From contig JAJCTO010000010.1 in assembly GCA_046563655.1 (NCBI GenBank), forward strand, positions 1,178,001 through 1,242,000: a stretch of DNA of 64,000 nucleotides, in the 5' to 3' direction. This document shows positions 28,749-43,900 of the stretch, one piece after another. The notes below the pieces were generated by a model that saw only the letters and a program-made list of their open reading frames with translations, had not been told where the DNA came from and ran no database searches. The first letter of the stretch is position 1. Each line of letters begins with the position of its first letter. Source of the DNA: Yuukianura sp. NJ FZ-2021. Taxonomy: Eukaryota. A program made the translations under genes and the position numbers.

Positions 28749-28914
28749 TGCTCCGTTTCAAAACTTTATTCCGCCTGTGTATTTCTCTGGTCCCCGCTCC
28801 CACCGCCTCCCCCTGTGTCTTCTCCTAAAGTTTTGAACCCAACAACACAGGGGGAGGCGGTGGGAGCGGGGACCAGAGAAATACACAGGCGGAATAAAGT
28901 TTTGAAACGGAGCA
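28749..28914. mobile_element. Foldback MITE (166 bp), TA TSD, Tc1/mariner (Stowaway-like) type
   Basis: Perfect 70-bp inverted repeats (28749-28818 and 28845-28914, starting TGCTCCGTTTCAAAACTTTATT) flank a 26-bp spacer. It is inserted in the monomer's ACTAGT with TA duplicated (28747-28748 and 28915-28916). Confidence 0.92.
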
Positions 28915-31900
28915 TAGTATGGCATCTTACAAAAATTAAGCGTCAACTTAACCCAGTGAGATAGATATCGTGACTTGCTCGTTCCGAGGTCATTCTGTCA
29001 ATGAAAGTTTCACATCTTTAACGAATGCTACATGAGTCCTCCTGGATCAAGAAAACCTACCTCGAAAGAGACTTTTTAACAGAGAAAATTGAAAGCACTA
29101 GTATGGCATCTTACAAAAATTAAGCGTCAACTTAACCCAGTGAGATAGATATCGTGACTTGCACGTTCCGAGGTCATTGTGTCAATGAAAGTTCACATCG
29201 TTAACAAATGCTACATGAGTCCTCCTGGATGAAGGAAAATTACCTCGAAATAGACTTTTTAACAGAGAAAATTGAAAGCACTAGTATTGCATCTTACAAA
29301 AATTTAGCATCAACTTAACCCAGTGAGATAGATATCGTGACTTTTCCGAGGTCATTCTGTCAATGAAAGTTCATATCATTAACAAATGCTACATGAGTCC
29401 TCCTGGATGAAGAAAAATTACCTCGAAATAGACTTTTTTAACGGAGAAAATTGAAAGCACTAATATGGCATCTTACAAAAATTAAGCGTCAACTTAACCC
29501 TGTGAGATAGATATCGTGACTTGCACGTTCCGAGGTCATTCTGTCAATCAAAGTTCACATCATTAACAAATGCTACATGAGTCCTCCTGGATCAAGAAAA
29601 CTTACCTTGAAATAGACTTTTTAACAGAGAAAATTGAAAGCACTAGTATGGCATCTTACAAAAATTAAGCGTCAACTTAACCCAGTGAGATAGATAACGT
29701 GACTTGCACGTTCCGAGGTCATTCTGTCAATGAAAGTTTCACATCTTTAACAAATGCTACATGAGTCCTCCTGGATCAAGAAAACTTACCTCGAAATAGA
29801 CTTTTTTAACGGAGAAAATTGAAAGCACTAATATGGCATTTTACAAAAATTTAGCATCAGCTTAACCCAGAGAGATAGATATCGTGACTTGCACGTTCCG
29901 AGGTCATTCTGTCAATGAAAGTTCATATCACTAACAAACGCTACATGAGTCATAAAGGATCAAGAAAAATTATCTCGAAATAAACTTTTTTAACGGAAAA
30001 AATTGAAAGCACTAATATGGCATCTTTCAAAAATTAAGCGTCAACTTAACCCAGTGAGATAGATATCGTGACTTGCTCGTTCCGAGGTCATTCTGTCAAT
30101 GAAAGTTTCACATCTTTAACAAATGCTACATGAGTCCTCCTGGATCAAGAAAACCTACCTCGAAAGAGACTTTTTAACAGAGAAAATTGAAAGCACTAGT
30201 ATGGCATCTTACAAAAATTAAGCGTCAACTTAACCCAGTGAGATAGATATCGTGACTTGCACGTTCCGAGGTCATTGTGTCAATGAAAGTTCACATCATT
30301 AACAAATGCTACATGAGTCCTCCTGGATGAAGAAAAATTACCTCGAAATAGACTTTTTAATAGAGAAAATTGAAAGCACTAATATGGCATCTTACAAAAA
30401 TTAAGCGTCAACTTAACCCAGTGAGATAGATATCGTGACTTGCACGTTCCGAGGTCATTCTGTCAATGAAAGTTCACATCATTAACAAATGCTACATGAG
30501 TCCTCCTGGATCAAGAAAACTTACCTCGAAATAGACTTTTTAACAGAGAAAACTGAAAGCACTAGTATGGCATCTTACAAAAATTAAGCGTCAACTTAAC
30601 CCAGTGAGATAGATATCGTGACTTGCACGTTCCGAGGTCATTCTGTCAATGAAAGTTTCACATCTTTAACAAATGCTACATGAGTCCTCCTGGATCAAGA
30701 AAACTTACCTCGAAATAGACTTTTCAACAGAGCAAATTGAAAGTACTAGTATGGCATCTTACAAAAATTAAGCGTCAACTTAACCCAGTGAGATAGATAT
30801 CGTGACTTGCTCGTTCCGAGGTCATTCTGTCAATGAAAGTTTCACATCTTTAACAAATGCTACATGAGTCCTCCTGGATGAAGAAAAATTACCTCGAAAT
30901 AGACTTTTTTAACGGAGAAAATTGCAAGCACTAATATGGCATCTTACAAAAATTAAGCGTCAACTTAACCCTGTGAGATAGATATCGTGACTTGCACGTT
31001 TCGAGGTCATTCTGTCAATGAAAGTTCACATCATTAACGAATGCTACATGAGTCCTCCTGGATCAAGAAAACCTACCTCGAAAGAGACTTTTTAACAGAG
31101 AAAATTGAAAGCACTAATATGGCATCTTTCAAAAATTAAGCGTCAACTTAACCCAGTGAGATAGATATCGTGACTTGCTCGTTCCGAGGTCATTCTGTCA
31201 ATGAAAGTTTCACATCTTTAACAAATGCTACATGAGTCCTCCTTGATCAAGAAAACTTACCTCGAAATAGACTTTTCAACAGAGCAAATTGAAAGTACTA
31301 GTATGGCATCTTACAAAAATTAAGCGTCAACTTAACCCAGTGAGATAGATATCGTGACTTGCTCGTTCCGAGGTCATTCTGTCAATGAAAGTTTCACATC
31401 TTTAACAAATGCTACATGAGTCCTCCTGGATCAAGAAAACCTACCTCGAAAGAGACTTTTTAACAGAGAAAATTGAAAGCACTAGTATGGCATCTTACAA
31501 AAATTAAGCGTCAACTTAACCCAGTGAGATAGATATCGTGACTTGCACGTTCCGAGGTCATTGTGTCAATGAAAGTTCACATCGTTAACAAATGCTACAT
31601 GAGTCCTCCTGGATGAAGAAAAATTACCTCGAAATAGACTTTTTAACAGAGAAAATTGAAAGCACTAGTATGGCATCTTACAAAAATTTAGCATCAACTT
31701 AACCCAGTGAGATAGATATCGTGACTTTTCCGAGGTCATTCTGTCAATGAAAGTTCATATCATTAACAAATGCTACATGAGTCCTCCTGGATGAAGAAAA
31801 ATTACCTCGAAATAGACTTTTCAACGGAGAAAATTGAAAGCACTAATATGGCATCTTTCAAAAATTAAGCGTCAACTTAACCCAGTGAGATAGATATCGT

Positions 31901-34900
31901 GACTTGCTCGTTCCGAGGTCATTCTGTCAATGAAAGTTTCACATCTTTAACAAATGCTACATGAGTCCTCCTGGATCAAGAAAACTTACCTCGAAATAGA
32001 CTTTTCAACAGAGAAAATTGAAAGTACTAGTATGGCATCTTACAAAAATGAAGCGTCAACTTAACCCAGTGAGATAGATATCGTGACTTGCTCGTTCCGA
32101 GGTCATTCTGTCAATGAAAGTTTCACATCTTTAACAAATGCTACATGAGTCCTCCTGGATCAAGAAAACCTACCTCGAAAGAGACTTTTTAACAGAGAAA
32201 ATTGAAAGCACTAGTATGGCATCTTACAAAAATTTAGCATCAGCTTAACCCAGAGAGATAGATATCGTGACTTGCACGTTCCGAGGTCATTCTGTCAATG
32301 AAAGTTCATATCACTAACAAATGCTACATGAGTCATAAAGGATCAAGAAAAATTACCTCGAAATAAACTTTTTAACGGAGAAAATTGAAAGCACTAATAT
32401 GGCATCTTTCAAAAATTAAGCGTCAACTTAACCCAGTGAGATAGATATCGTGACTTGCTCGTTCCGAGGTCATTCTGTCAATGAAAGTTTCACATCTTTA
32501 ACAAATGCTACATGAGTCCTCCTGGATCAAGAAAACCTACCTCGAAAGAGACTTTTTAACAGAGAAAATTGAAAGCACTAGTATGGCATCTTACAAAAAT
32601 TAAGCGTCAACTTAACCCAGTGAGATAGATATCGTGACTTGCACGTTCCGAGGTCATTGTGTCAATGAAAGTTCACATCATTAACAAAATGCTACATGAG
32701 TCCTCCTGGATGAAGAAAAATTACCTCGAAATAGACTTTTTTAATAGAGAAAATTGAAAGCACTAATATGGCATCTTACAAAAAATTAGCATCAACTTAA
32801 CCCAGTGAGATAGATATCGTGACTTGCACGTTCCGAGGTCATTCTGTCAATGAAAGTTCACATCATTAACAAATGCTACATGAGTCCTCCTGGATCAAGA
32901 AAACTTACCTCGAAATAGACTTTTTAACAGAGAAAACTGAAAGCACTAGTATGGCATCTTACAAAAATTAAGCGTCAACTTAACCCAGTGAGATAGATAT
33001 CGTGACTTGCACGTTCCGAGGTCATTCTGTCAATGAAAGTTCACATCATTAACAAATGCTACATGAGTCCTCCTGGATCAAGAAAACTTACCTCGAAATA
33101 GACTTTTCAACAGAGAAAATTGAAAGTACTAGTGTGGCATCTTACAAAAATTAAGCGTCAACTTAACCCAGTGAGATAGATATAGTGACTTGCACGTTCC
33201 GAGGTCATTCTGTCAATGAAAGTTCACATCATTAACAAATGCTACATGAGTCCTCCTGGATCAAGAAAACCTACCTCGAAAGAGACTTTTTAACAGAGAA
33301 AATTGAAAGCACTAGTATAGCATCTTACAAAAATTAAGCGTCAACTTAACCCAGTGAGATAGATATAGTGACTTGCACGTTCCGAGGTCATTCTGTCAAT
33401 GAAAGTTCACATCATTAACAAATGCTACATGAGTCCTCCTGGATCAAGAAAACCTACCTCGAAAGAGACTTTTTAACAGAGAAAATTAAATGCACTAGTA
33501 TGGCATCTTACAAAAATTAAGCGTCAACTTAACCCAGTGAGATAGATATCGTGACTTGCACGTTCCGAGGTCATTCTGTCAATGAAAGTTCACATCATTA
33601 ACAAATGCTACACGAGTCCTCCTGGATCAAGAAAAATTGCGTCGAAATAGACTTTTTAACCGAGAAAATTGAAAGCACTAATACCGCATGTCACAAAAAT
33701 TAAGCGTCAAATTAACCCATTGAGATAGATATAGTGGCTATCACGTTGCGAGGTCATTCTCTGAATGAAAGTTCACATCATTAACAAATGCTACATGAGT
33801 CCTCCTGGATCAAGAAAACCTACCTCGAAAGAGACTTTTTAACAGAGAAAATTAAATGCACTAGTATGGCATCTTACAAAAATTAAGCGTCAACTTAACC
33901 CAGTGAGATAGATATCGTGACTTGCACGTTCCGAGGTCATTCTGTCAATGAAAGTTCACATCATTAACAAATGCTACACGAGTCCTCCTGGATCAAGAAA
34001 AATTGCGTCAACGGAGAAAATTGAAAGCACTAATACGGCATCTTACAAAAATTAAGCGTCAACTTAACCCAGTGAGATAGATATAGTGACTTGCACGTTC
34101 CGAGGTCATTCTGTCAATGAAAGTTCACATCATTAACAAATGCTACACGAGTCCTCCTGGATCAAGAAAAATTGCGTCGAAATAGACTTTTTAACAGAGA
34201 AAATTGAAAGCACTAATATGGCATCTTACAAAAATTAAGCGTCAACTTAACCCAGTGAGATAGATATCGTGACTTGCTCGTTCCGAGGTCATTCTGTCAA
34301 TGAAAGTTTCACATCTTTAACAAATGCTACATGAGTCCTCCTGGATCAAGAAAACTTACCTCGAAATAGACTTTTCAACAGAGCAAATTGAAAGTACTAG
34401 TATGGCATCTTACAAAAATTAAGCGTCAACTTAACCCAGTGAGATAGATATCGTGACTTGCTCGTTCCGAGGTCATTCTGTCAATGAAAGTTTCACATCT
34501 TTAACAAATGCTACATGAGTCCTCCTGGATCAAGAAAACCTACCTCGAAAGAGACTTTTTAACAGAGAAAATTGAAAGCACTAGTATGGCATCTTACAAA
34601 AATTAAGCGTCAACTTAACCCAGTGAGATAGATATCGTGACTTGCACGTTCCGAGGTCATTGTGTCAATGAAAGTTCACATCGTTAACAAATGCTACATG
34701 AGTCCTCCTGGATGAAGAAAAATTACCTCGAAATAGACTTTTTAACAGAGAAAATTGAAAGCACTAGTATTGCATCTTACAAAAATTTAGCATCAACTTA
34801 ACCCAGTGAGATAGATATCGTGACTTTTCCGAGGTCATTCTGTCAATGAAAGTTCATATCATTAACAAATGCTACATGAGTCCTCCTGGATGAAGAAAAA

Positions 34901-37900
34901 TTACCTCGAAATAGACTTTTTTAACGGAGAAAATTGAAAGCACTAATATGGCATCTTACAAAAATTAAGCGTCAACTTAACACTGTGAGATAGATATCGT
35001 GACTTGCACGTTCCGAGGTCATTCTGTCAATGAAAGTTCACATCATTAACAAATGCTACATGAGTCCTCCTGGATCAAGAAAACTTACCTTGAAATAGAC
35101 TTTTTAACAGAGAAAATTGAAAGCACTAGTATGGCATCTTACAAAAATTAAGCGTCAACTTAACCCAGTGAGATAGATATCGTGACTTGCACGTTCCGAG
35201 GTCATTCTGTCAATGAAAGTTTCACATCTTTAACAAATGCTACATGAGTCCTCCTGGATCAAGAAAAATTGCCTCGAAATAGACTTTTTTAACGGAGAAA
35301 ATTGAAAGCACTAATATGGCATTTTACAAAAATTTAGCATCAGCTTAACCCAGAGAGATAGATATCGTGACTTGCACGTTCCGAGGTCATTCTGTCAATG
35401 AAAGTTCATATCACTAACAAACGCTACATGAGTCATAAAGGATCAAGAAAAATTATCTCGAAATAAACTTTTTTAACGGAAAAAATTGAAAGCACTAATA
35501 TGGCATCTTTCAAAAATTAAGCGTCAACTTAACCCAGTGAGATAGATATCGTGACTTGCTCGTTCCGAGGTCATTCTGTCAATGAAAGTTTCACATCTTT
35601 AACAAATGCTACATGAGTCCTCCTGGATCAAGAAAACCTACCTCGAAAGAGACTTTTTAACAGAGAAAATTGAAAGCACTAGTATGGCATCTTACAAAAA
35701 TTAAGCGTCAACTTAACCCAGTGAGATAGATATCGTGACTTGCACGTTCCGAGGTCATTGTGTCAATGAAAGTTCACATCATTAACAAATGCTACATGAG
35801 TCCTCCTGGATGAAGAAAAATTACCTCGAAATAGACTATTTTAACGGAGAAAATTGAAAGCACTAATATGGCATCTTACAAAAAGTTAAGCGTCAACTTA
35901 ACCCAGTGAGATAGATATCGTGACTTGCACGTTCCGAGGTCATTCTGTCAATGAAAGTTCACATCATTAACAAATGCTACATGAGTCCTCCTGGATCAAG
36001 AAAACTTACCTCGAAATAGACTTTTTAACAGAGAAAACTGAAAGCACTAGTATGGCATCTTACAAAAATTAAGCGTCAACTTAACCCAGTGAGATAGATA
36101 TCGTGACTTGCACGTTCCGAGGTCATTCTGTCAATGAAAGTTTCACATCTTTAACAAATGCTACATGAGTCCTCCTGGATCAAGAAAACTTACCTCGAAA
36201 TAGACTTTTCAACAGAGCAAATTGAAAGTACTAGTATGGCATCTTACAAAAATTAAGCGTCAACTTAACCCAGTGAGATAGATATCGTGACTTGCTCGTT
36301 CCGAGGTCATTCTGTCAATGAAAGTTTCACATCTTTAACAAATGCTACATGAGTCCTCCTGGATGAAGAAAAATTACCTCGAAATAGACTTTTTAACGGA
36401 GAAAATTGCAAGCACTAATATGGCATCTTACAAAAATTAAGCGTCAACTTAACCCTGTGAGATAGATATCGTGACTTGCACGTTCCGAGGTCATTCTGTC
36501 AATGAAAGTTCACATCATTAACGAATGCTACATGAGTCCTCCTGGATCAAGAAAACCTACCTCGAAAGAGACTTTTTAACAGAGAAAATTGAAAGCACTA
36601 ATATGGCATCTTTCAAAAATTAAGCGTCAACTTAACCCAGTGAGATAGATATCGTGACTTGCACGTTCCGAGGTCATTGTGTCAATGAAAGTTCACATCG
36701 TTAACAAATGCTACATGAGTCCTCCTGGATGAAGAAAAATTACCTCGAAATAGACTTTTTAACAGAGAAAATTGAAAGCACTAGTATTGCATCTTACAAA
36801 AATTTAGCATCAACTTAACCCAGTGAGATAGATATCGTGACTTTTCCGAGGTCATTCTGTCAATGAAAGTTCATATCATTAACAAATGCTACATGAGTCC
36901 TCCTGGATGAAGAAAAATTACCTCGAAATAGACTTTTTTAACGGAGAAAATTGAAAGCACTAATATGGCATCTTACAAAAATTAAGCGTCAACTTAACCC
37001 TGTGAGATAGATATCGTGACTTGCACGTTCCGAGGTCATTCTGTCAATGAAAGTTCACATCATTAACAAATGCTACATGAGTCCTCCTGGGTCAAGAAAA
37101 GTTACCTGGAAATAGACTTTTTAACAGAGAAAATTGAAAGCACTAGTATGGCATCTTACAAAAATTAAGCGTCAACTTAACCCAGTGAGATAGATATCGT
37201 GACTTGCACGTTCCGAGGTCATTCTGTCAATGAAAGTTTCACATCTTTAACAAATGCTACATGAGTCCTCCTGGATCAAGAAAAATTGCCTCGAAATAGA
37301 CTTTTTTAACGGAGAAAATTGAAAGCACTAATATGGCATTTTACAAAAATTTAGCATCAGCTTAACCCAGAGAGATAGATATCGTGACTTGCACGTTCCG
37401 AGGTCATTCTGTCAATGAAAGTTCATATCACTAACAAACGCTACATGAGTCATAAAGGATCAAGAAAAATTATCTCGAAATAAACTTTTTTAACGGAAAA
37501 AATTGAAAGCACTAATATGGCATCTTTCAAAAATTAAGCGTCAACTTAACCCAGTGAGATAGATATCGTGACTTGCTCGTTCCGAGGTCATTCTGTCAAT
37601 GAAAGTTTCACATCTTTAACAAATGCTACATGAGTCCTCCTGGATCAAGAAAACCTACCTCGAAAGAGACTTTTTAACAGAGAAAATTGAAAGCACTAGT
37701 ATGGCATCTTACAAAAATTAAGCGTCAACTTAACCCAGTGAGATAGATATCGTGACTTGCACGTTCCGAGGTCATTGTGTCAATGAAAGTTCACATCATT
37801 AACAAATGCTACATGAGTCCTCCTGGATGAAGAAAAATTACCTCGAAATAGACTTTTTTAACGGAGAAAATTGAAAGCACTAATATGGCATCTTACAAAA

Positions 37901-40900
37901 AGTTAAGCGTCAACTTAACCCAGTGAGATAGATATCGTGACTTGCACGTTCCGAGGTCATTCTGTCAATGAAAGTTCACATCATTAACAAATGCTACATG
38001 AGTCCTCCTGGATCAAGAAAACTTACCTCGAAATAGACTTTTTTAACGGAGAAAATTGAAAGCACTAATATGGCATCTTACAAAAATTAAGCGTCAACTT
38101 AACCCAGTGAGATAGATATCGTGACTTGCACGTTCCGAGGTCATTCTGTCAATGAAAGTTCACATCATTAACAAATGCTACATGAGTCCTCCTGGATCAA
38201 GAAAACTTACCTCGAAATAGACTTTTTAACAGAGAAAACTGAAAGCACTAGTATGGCATCTTACAAAAATTAAGCGTCAACTTAACCCAGTGAGATAGAT
38301 ATCGTGACTTGCACGTTCCGAGGTCATTGTGTCAATGAAAGTTCACATCATTAACAAATGCTACATGAGTCCTCCTGGATGAAGAAAAATTACCTCGAAA
38401 TAGACTTTTTTAACGGAGAAAATTGAAAGCACTAATATGGCATCTTACAAAAAGTTAAGCGTCAACTTAACCCAGTGAGATAGATATCGTGACTTGCACG
38501 TTCCGAGGTCATTCTGTCAATGAAAGTTCATATCACTAACAAACGCTACATGAGTCATAAAGGATCAAGAAAAATTATCTCGAAATAAACTTTTTTAACG
38601 GAAAAAATTGAAAGCACTAATATGGCATCTTTCAAAAATTAAGCGTCAACTTAACCCAGTGAGATAGATATCGTGACTTGCTCGTTCCGAGGTCATTCTG
38701 TCAATGAAAGTTTCACATCTTTAACAAATGCTACATGAGTCCTCCTGGATCAAGAAAACCTACCTCGAAAGAGACTTTTTAACAGAGAAAATTGAAAGCA
38801 CTAGTATGGCATCTTACAAAAATTAAGCGTCAACTTAACCCAGTGAGATAGATATCGTGACTTGCACGTTCCGAGGTCATTGTGTCAATGAAAGTTCACA
38901 TCATTAACAAATGCTACATGAGTCCTCCTGGATGAAGAAAAATTACCTCGAAATAGACTTTTTAATAGAGAAAATTGAAAGCACTAATATGGCATCTTAC
39001 AAAAATTTAGCGTCAACTTAACCCAGTGAGATAGATATCGTGACTTGCACGTTCCGAGGTCATTCTGTCAATGAAAGTTCACATCATTAACAAATGCTAC
39101 ATGAGTCCTCCTGGATCAAGAAAACTTACCTCGAAATAGACTTTTTTAACGGAGAAAATTGAAAGCACTAATATGGCATCTTACAAAAAGTTAAGCGTCA
39201 ACTTAACCCAGTGAGATAGATATCGTGACTTGCACGTTCCGAGGTCATTCTGTCAATGAAAGTTCACATCATTAACAAATGCTACATGAGTCCTCCTGGA
39301 TCAAGAAAACTTACCTCGAAATAGACTTTTTAACAGAGAAAACTGAAAGCACTAGTATGGCATCTTACAAAAATTAAGCGTCAACTTAACCCAGTGAGAT
39401 AGATATCGTGACTTGCACGTTCCGAGGTCATTGTGTCAATGAAAGTTCACATCATTAACAAATGCTACATGAGTCCTCCTGGATGAAGAAAAATTACCTC
39501 GAAATAGACTTTTTTAACGGAGAAAATTGAAAGCACTAATATGGCATCTTACAAAAAGTTAAGCGTCAACTTAACCCAGTGAGATAGATATCGTGACTTG
39601 CACGTTCCGAGGTCATTCTGTCAATGAAAGTTCATATCACTAACAAACGCTACATGAGTCATAAAGGATCAAGAAAAATTATCTCGAAATAAACTTTTTT
39701 AACGGAAAAAATTGAAAGCACTAATATGGCATCTTTCAAAAATTAAGCGTCAACTTAACCCAGTGAGATAGATATCGTGACTTGCTCGTTCCGAGGTCAT
39801 TCTGTCAATGAAAGTTTCACATCTTTAACAAATGCTACATGAGTCCTCCTGGATCAAGAAAACCTACCTCGAAAGAGACTTTTTAACAGAGAAAATTGAA
39901 AGCACTAGTATGGCATCTTACAAAAATTAAGCGTCAACTTAACCCAGTGAGATAGATATCGTGACTTGCACGTTCCGAGGTCATTGTGTCAATGAAAGTT
40001 CACATCATTAACAAATGCTACATGAGTCCTCCTGGATGAAGAAAAATTACCTCGAAATAGACTTTTTTAACGGAGAAAATTGAAAGCACTAATATGGCAT
40101 CTTACAAAAAGTTAAGCGTCAACTTAACCCAGTGAGATAGATATCGTGACTTGCACGTTCCGAGGTCATTCTGTCAATGAAAGTTCACATCATTAACAAA
40201 TGCTACATGAGTCCTCCTGGATCAAGAAAACTTACCTCGAAATAGACTTTTTAACAGAGAAAATTGAAAGCACTAGTATGGCATCTTACAAAAATTAAGC
40301 GTCAACTTAACCCAGTGAGATAGATATCGTGACTTGCACGTTCCGAGGTCATTCTGTCAATGAAAGTTTCACATCTTTAACAAATGCTACATGAGTCCTC
40401 CTGGATCAAGAAAACTTACCTCGAAATAGACTTTTCAACAGAGCAAATTGAAAGTACTAGTATGGCATCTTACAAAAATTAAGCGTCAACTTAACCCAGT
40501 GAGATAGATATCGTGACTTGCTCGTTCCGAGGTCATTCTGTCAATGAAAGTTTCACATCTTTAACAAATGCTACATGAGTCCTCCTGGATGAAGAAAAAT
40601 TACCTCGAAATAGACTTTTTTAACGGAGAAAATTGCAAGCACTAATATGGCATCTTACAAAAATTAAGCGTCAACTTAACCCTGTGAGATAGATATCGTG
40701 ACTTGCACGTTCCGAGGTCATTCTGTCAATGAAAGTTCACATCATTAACGAATGCTACATGAGTCCTCCTGGATCAAGAAAACCTACCTCGAAAGAGACT
40801 TTTTAACAGAGAAAATTGAAAGCACTAATATGGCATCTTTCAAAAATTAAGCGTCAACTTAACCCAGTGAGATAGATATCGTGACTTGCTCGTTCCGAGG

Positions 40901-43900
40901 TCATTCTGTCAATGAAAGTTTCACATCTTTAACAAATGCTACATGAGTCCTCCTGGATCAAGAAAACTTACCTCGAAATAGACTTTTCAACAGAGAAAAT
41001 TGAAAGTACTAGTATGGCATCTTACAAAAATTAAGCGTCAACTTAACCCAGTGAGATAAGATATCGTGAATTGCTCGTTCCGAGGTCATTCTGTCAATGA
41101 AAGTTTCACATCTTTAACAAATGCTACATGAGTCCTCCTGGATCAAGAAAACCTACCTCGAAAGAGACTTTTTAACAGAGAAAATTGAAAGCACTAGTAT
41201 GGCATCTTACAAAAATTAAGCGTCAACTTAACCCAGTGAGATAGATATCGTGACTTGCACGTTCCGAGGTCATTGTGTCAATGAAAGTTCACATCGTTAA
41301 CAAATGCTACATGAGTCCTCCTGGATGAAGAAAAATTACCTCGAAATAGACTTTTTAACAGAGAAAATTGAAAGCACTAGTATTGCATCTTACAAAAATT
41401 TAGCATCAACTTAACCCAGTGAGATAGATATCGTGACTTTTCCGAGGTCATTCTGTCAATGAAAGTTCATATCATTAACAAATGCTACATGAGTCCTCCT
41501 GGATGAAGAAAAATTACCTCGAAATAGACTTTTTTAACGGAGAAAATTGAAAGCACTAATATGGCATCTTACAAAAATTAAGCGTCAACTTAACCCTGTG
41601 AGATAGATATCGTGCCTTGCACGTTCCGAGGTCATTCTGTCAATGAAAGTTCACATCATTAACGAATGCTACATGAGTCCTCCTGGATCAAGAAAACCTA
41701 CCTCGAAAGAGACTTTTTAACAGAGAAAATTGAAAGCACTAGTATGGCATCTTACAAAAATTAAGCGTCAACTTAACCCAGTGAGATAGATATCGTGACT
41801 TGCACGTTCCGAGGTCATTGTGTCAATGAAAGTTCACATCGTTAACAAATGCTACATGAGTCCTCCTGGATGAAGAAAAATTACCTCGAAATAGACTTTT
41901 TAACAGAGAAAATTGAAAGCACTAGTATTGCATCTTACAAAAATTTAGCATCAACTTAACCCAGTGAGATAGATATCGTGACTTTTCCGAGGTCATTCTG
42001 TCAATGAAAGTTCATATCATTAACAAATGCTACATGAGTCCTCCTGGATGAAGAAAAATTACCTCGAAATAGACTTTTTTAACGGAGAAAATTGAAAGCA
42101 CTAATATGGCATCTTACAAAAATTAAGCGTCAACTTAACCCTGTGAGATAGATATCGTGACTTGCACGTTCCGAGGTCATTCTGTCAATGAAAGTTCACA
42201 TCATTAACGAATGCTACATGAGTCCTCCTGGATCAAGAAAACCTACCTCGAAAGAGCCTTTTTAACAGAGAAAATTGAAAGCACTAATATGGCATCTTTC
42301 AAAAATTAAGCGTCAACTTAACCCAGTGAGATAGATATCGTGACTTGCTCGTTCCGAGGTCATTCTGTCAATGAAAGTTTCACATCTTTAACAAATGCTA
42401 CATGAGTCCTCCTGGATCAAGAAAACCTACCTCGAAAGAGACTTTTTAACAGAGAAAATTGAAAGCACTAGTATGGCATCTTACAAAAATTAAGCGTCAA
42501 CTTAACCCAGTGAGATAGATATCGTGACTTGCACGTTCCGAGGTCATTGTGTCAATGAAAGTTCACATCGTTAACAAATGCTACATGAGTCCTCCTGGAT
42601 GAAGAAAAATTACCTCGAAATAGACTTTTTAACAGAGAAAATTGAAAGCACTAGTATGGCATCTTACAAAAATTTAGCATCAACTTAACCCAGTGAGATA
42701 GATATCGTGACTTTTCCGAGGTCATTCTGTCAATGAAAGTTCATATCATTAACAAATGCTACATGAGTCCTCCTGGATGAAGAAAAATTACCTCGAAATA
42801 GACTTTTTTAACGGAGAAAATTGAAAGCACTAATATGGCATCTTTCAAAAATTAAGCGTCAACTTAACCCAGTGAGATAGATATAGTGACTTGCACGTTC
42901 CGAGGTCATTCTGTCAATGAAAGTTCACATCATTAACGAATGCTACATGAGTCCTCCTGGATCAAGAAAACCCACCTCGAAAGAGACTTTTTAACAGAGA
43001 AAATTGAAAGCACTAATATGGCATCTTTCAAAAATTAAGCGTCAACTTAACCCAGTGAGATAGATATCGTGACTTTTCCGAGGTCATTCTGTCAATGAAA
43101 GTTCATATCATTAACAAATGCTACATGAGTCCTCCTGGATGAAGAAAAATTACCTCGAAATAGACTTTTTTAACGGAGAAAATTGAAAGCACTAATATGG
43201 CATCTTACAAAAATTAAGCGTCAACTTAACCCAGTGAGATAGATATAGTGACTTGCACGTTCCGAGGTCATTCTGTCAATGAAAGTTCACATCATTAACG
43301 AATGCTACATGAGTCCTCCTGGATCAAGAAAACCTACCTCGAAAGAGACTTTTTAACAGAGAAAATTGAAAGCACTAATATGGCATCTTTCAAAAATTAA
43401 GCGTCAACTTAACCCAGTGAGATAGATATAGTGACTTGCACGTTCCGAGGTCATTCTGTCAATGAAAGTTCACATCATTAACGAATGCTACATGAGTCCT
43501 CCTGGATCAAGAAAACCTACCTCGAAAGAGACTTTTTAACAGAGAAAATTGAAAGCACTAATATGGCATCTTTCAAAAATTAAGCGTCAACTTAACCCAG
43601 TGAGATAGATATCGTGACTTGCACGTTCCGAGGTCATTCTGTCAATGAAAGTTCATATCATTAACAAATGCTACATGAGTCCTCCTGGATCAAGAACAAT
43701 TACCTCGAAATAGACTTTTTTAACGGAGAAAATTGAAAGCACTAATATGGCATCTTACAAAAATTAAGCGTCAACTTAACGTAGTGAGATAGATATAGTG
43801 ACTTGCACGTTCCGAGGTCATTCTGTCAATGAAAGTTCACATCATTAACAAATGCTACATGAGTCCTCCTGGATCAAGAAAACTTACCTCGAAATAGACT

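Noticed and set aside
28737..28964. ORFs over the MITE on both strands
   Set aside because: By-products of a GC-rich palindrome.
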